A stretch of DNA of 64,000 nt, from positions 28,239,880 through 28,303,879 of the forward strand of contig MU057354.1 in assembly GCA_013239625.1 (NCBI GenBank), read 5' to 3'. This DNA is from Lama guanicoe (Eukaryota). Shown here in pieces: positions 63,693 to 64,000 of this stretch (positions within the stretch are counted from its first letter, which is position 1; each line of letters begins with the position of its first letter). Made by a program: the position numbers and the translations under genes. Under the pieces are notes generated by a model, which made no database searches, was not told the DNA's origin, and was given only the letters and a program-made list of their open reading frames with translations.

Positions 63693-64000
63693 TGCGTCCT
63701 AATCACCCTGCTGATCAGGGAATAAGCTACCAAATGGTACAAGATGGTCAAATGTACAACGCCAAACACAGGACAGATGAAACAGACAGCAGTTTTAGTT
63801 ACAAATACTCACAGTCTGGAGGAGAAGGACACTGCACACCACGTTGGGCCGCACTGGAGTTGCATCCAGGAGCGGAACAAGCTGGCACTGTGGGGGGAAG
63901 TCTTTGCAGTAATAAGAGGGTGGGAGTGACCCTTGGCTCCCACGTGAGGATGTGATTGGCTTGTTCGAAAAAACCTCATGGGCTGACCTGGAAGTAAAAT
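63693..64000 (-). mobile_element. ERVL LTR (MER70/MER76-like), running off the window
   Basis: ggacagatgaaacagacagcagttttagttacaaatactcacag; gaggatgtgattggcttgtt. Confidence 0.6.

Overview
Non-coding mammalian nuclear DNA: AT-rich, CpG-poor and roughly half decayed interspersed repeats. It is most likely camelid, inferred from the L1 3' UTR style and the absence of ruminant, pig, primate or rodent SINEs. I found no recognisable protein-coding gene, RNA gene or CRISPR array. The ORF track is chance ORFs plus remnants of L1 ORF2, a Tigger1 transposase and ERVL pol. Repeats include L2, MIR, old and lineage-specific L1s (four with target-site duplications), MaLR/ERVL LTRs and DNA transposons (Tigger1, MER2, MER20, MER97, MER5). 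Most notable are a minus-strand ERVL-class provirus remnant with two large internal deletions, a perfect 118-bp duplication in its LTR, a perfect 3x22-bp minisatellite, a candidate TATA promoter with first exon, and N-runs that look like length-preserving masks rather than scaffold gaps. I do not see support for a novel biological system. Repeat family names come from my recollection of consensus sequences, not a database search, and boundaries of old repeats are approximate (tens of bp).
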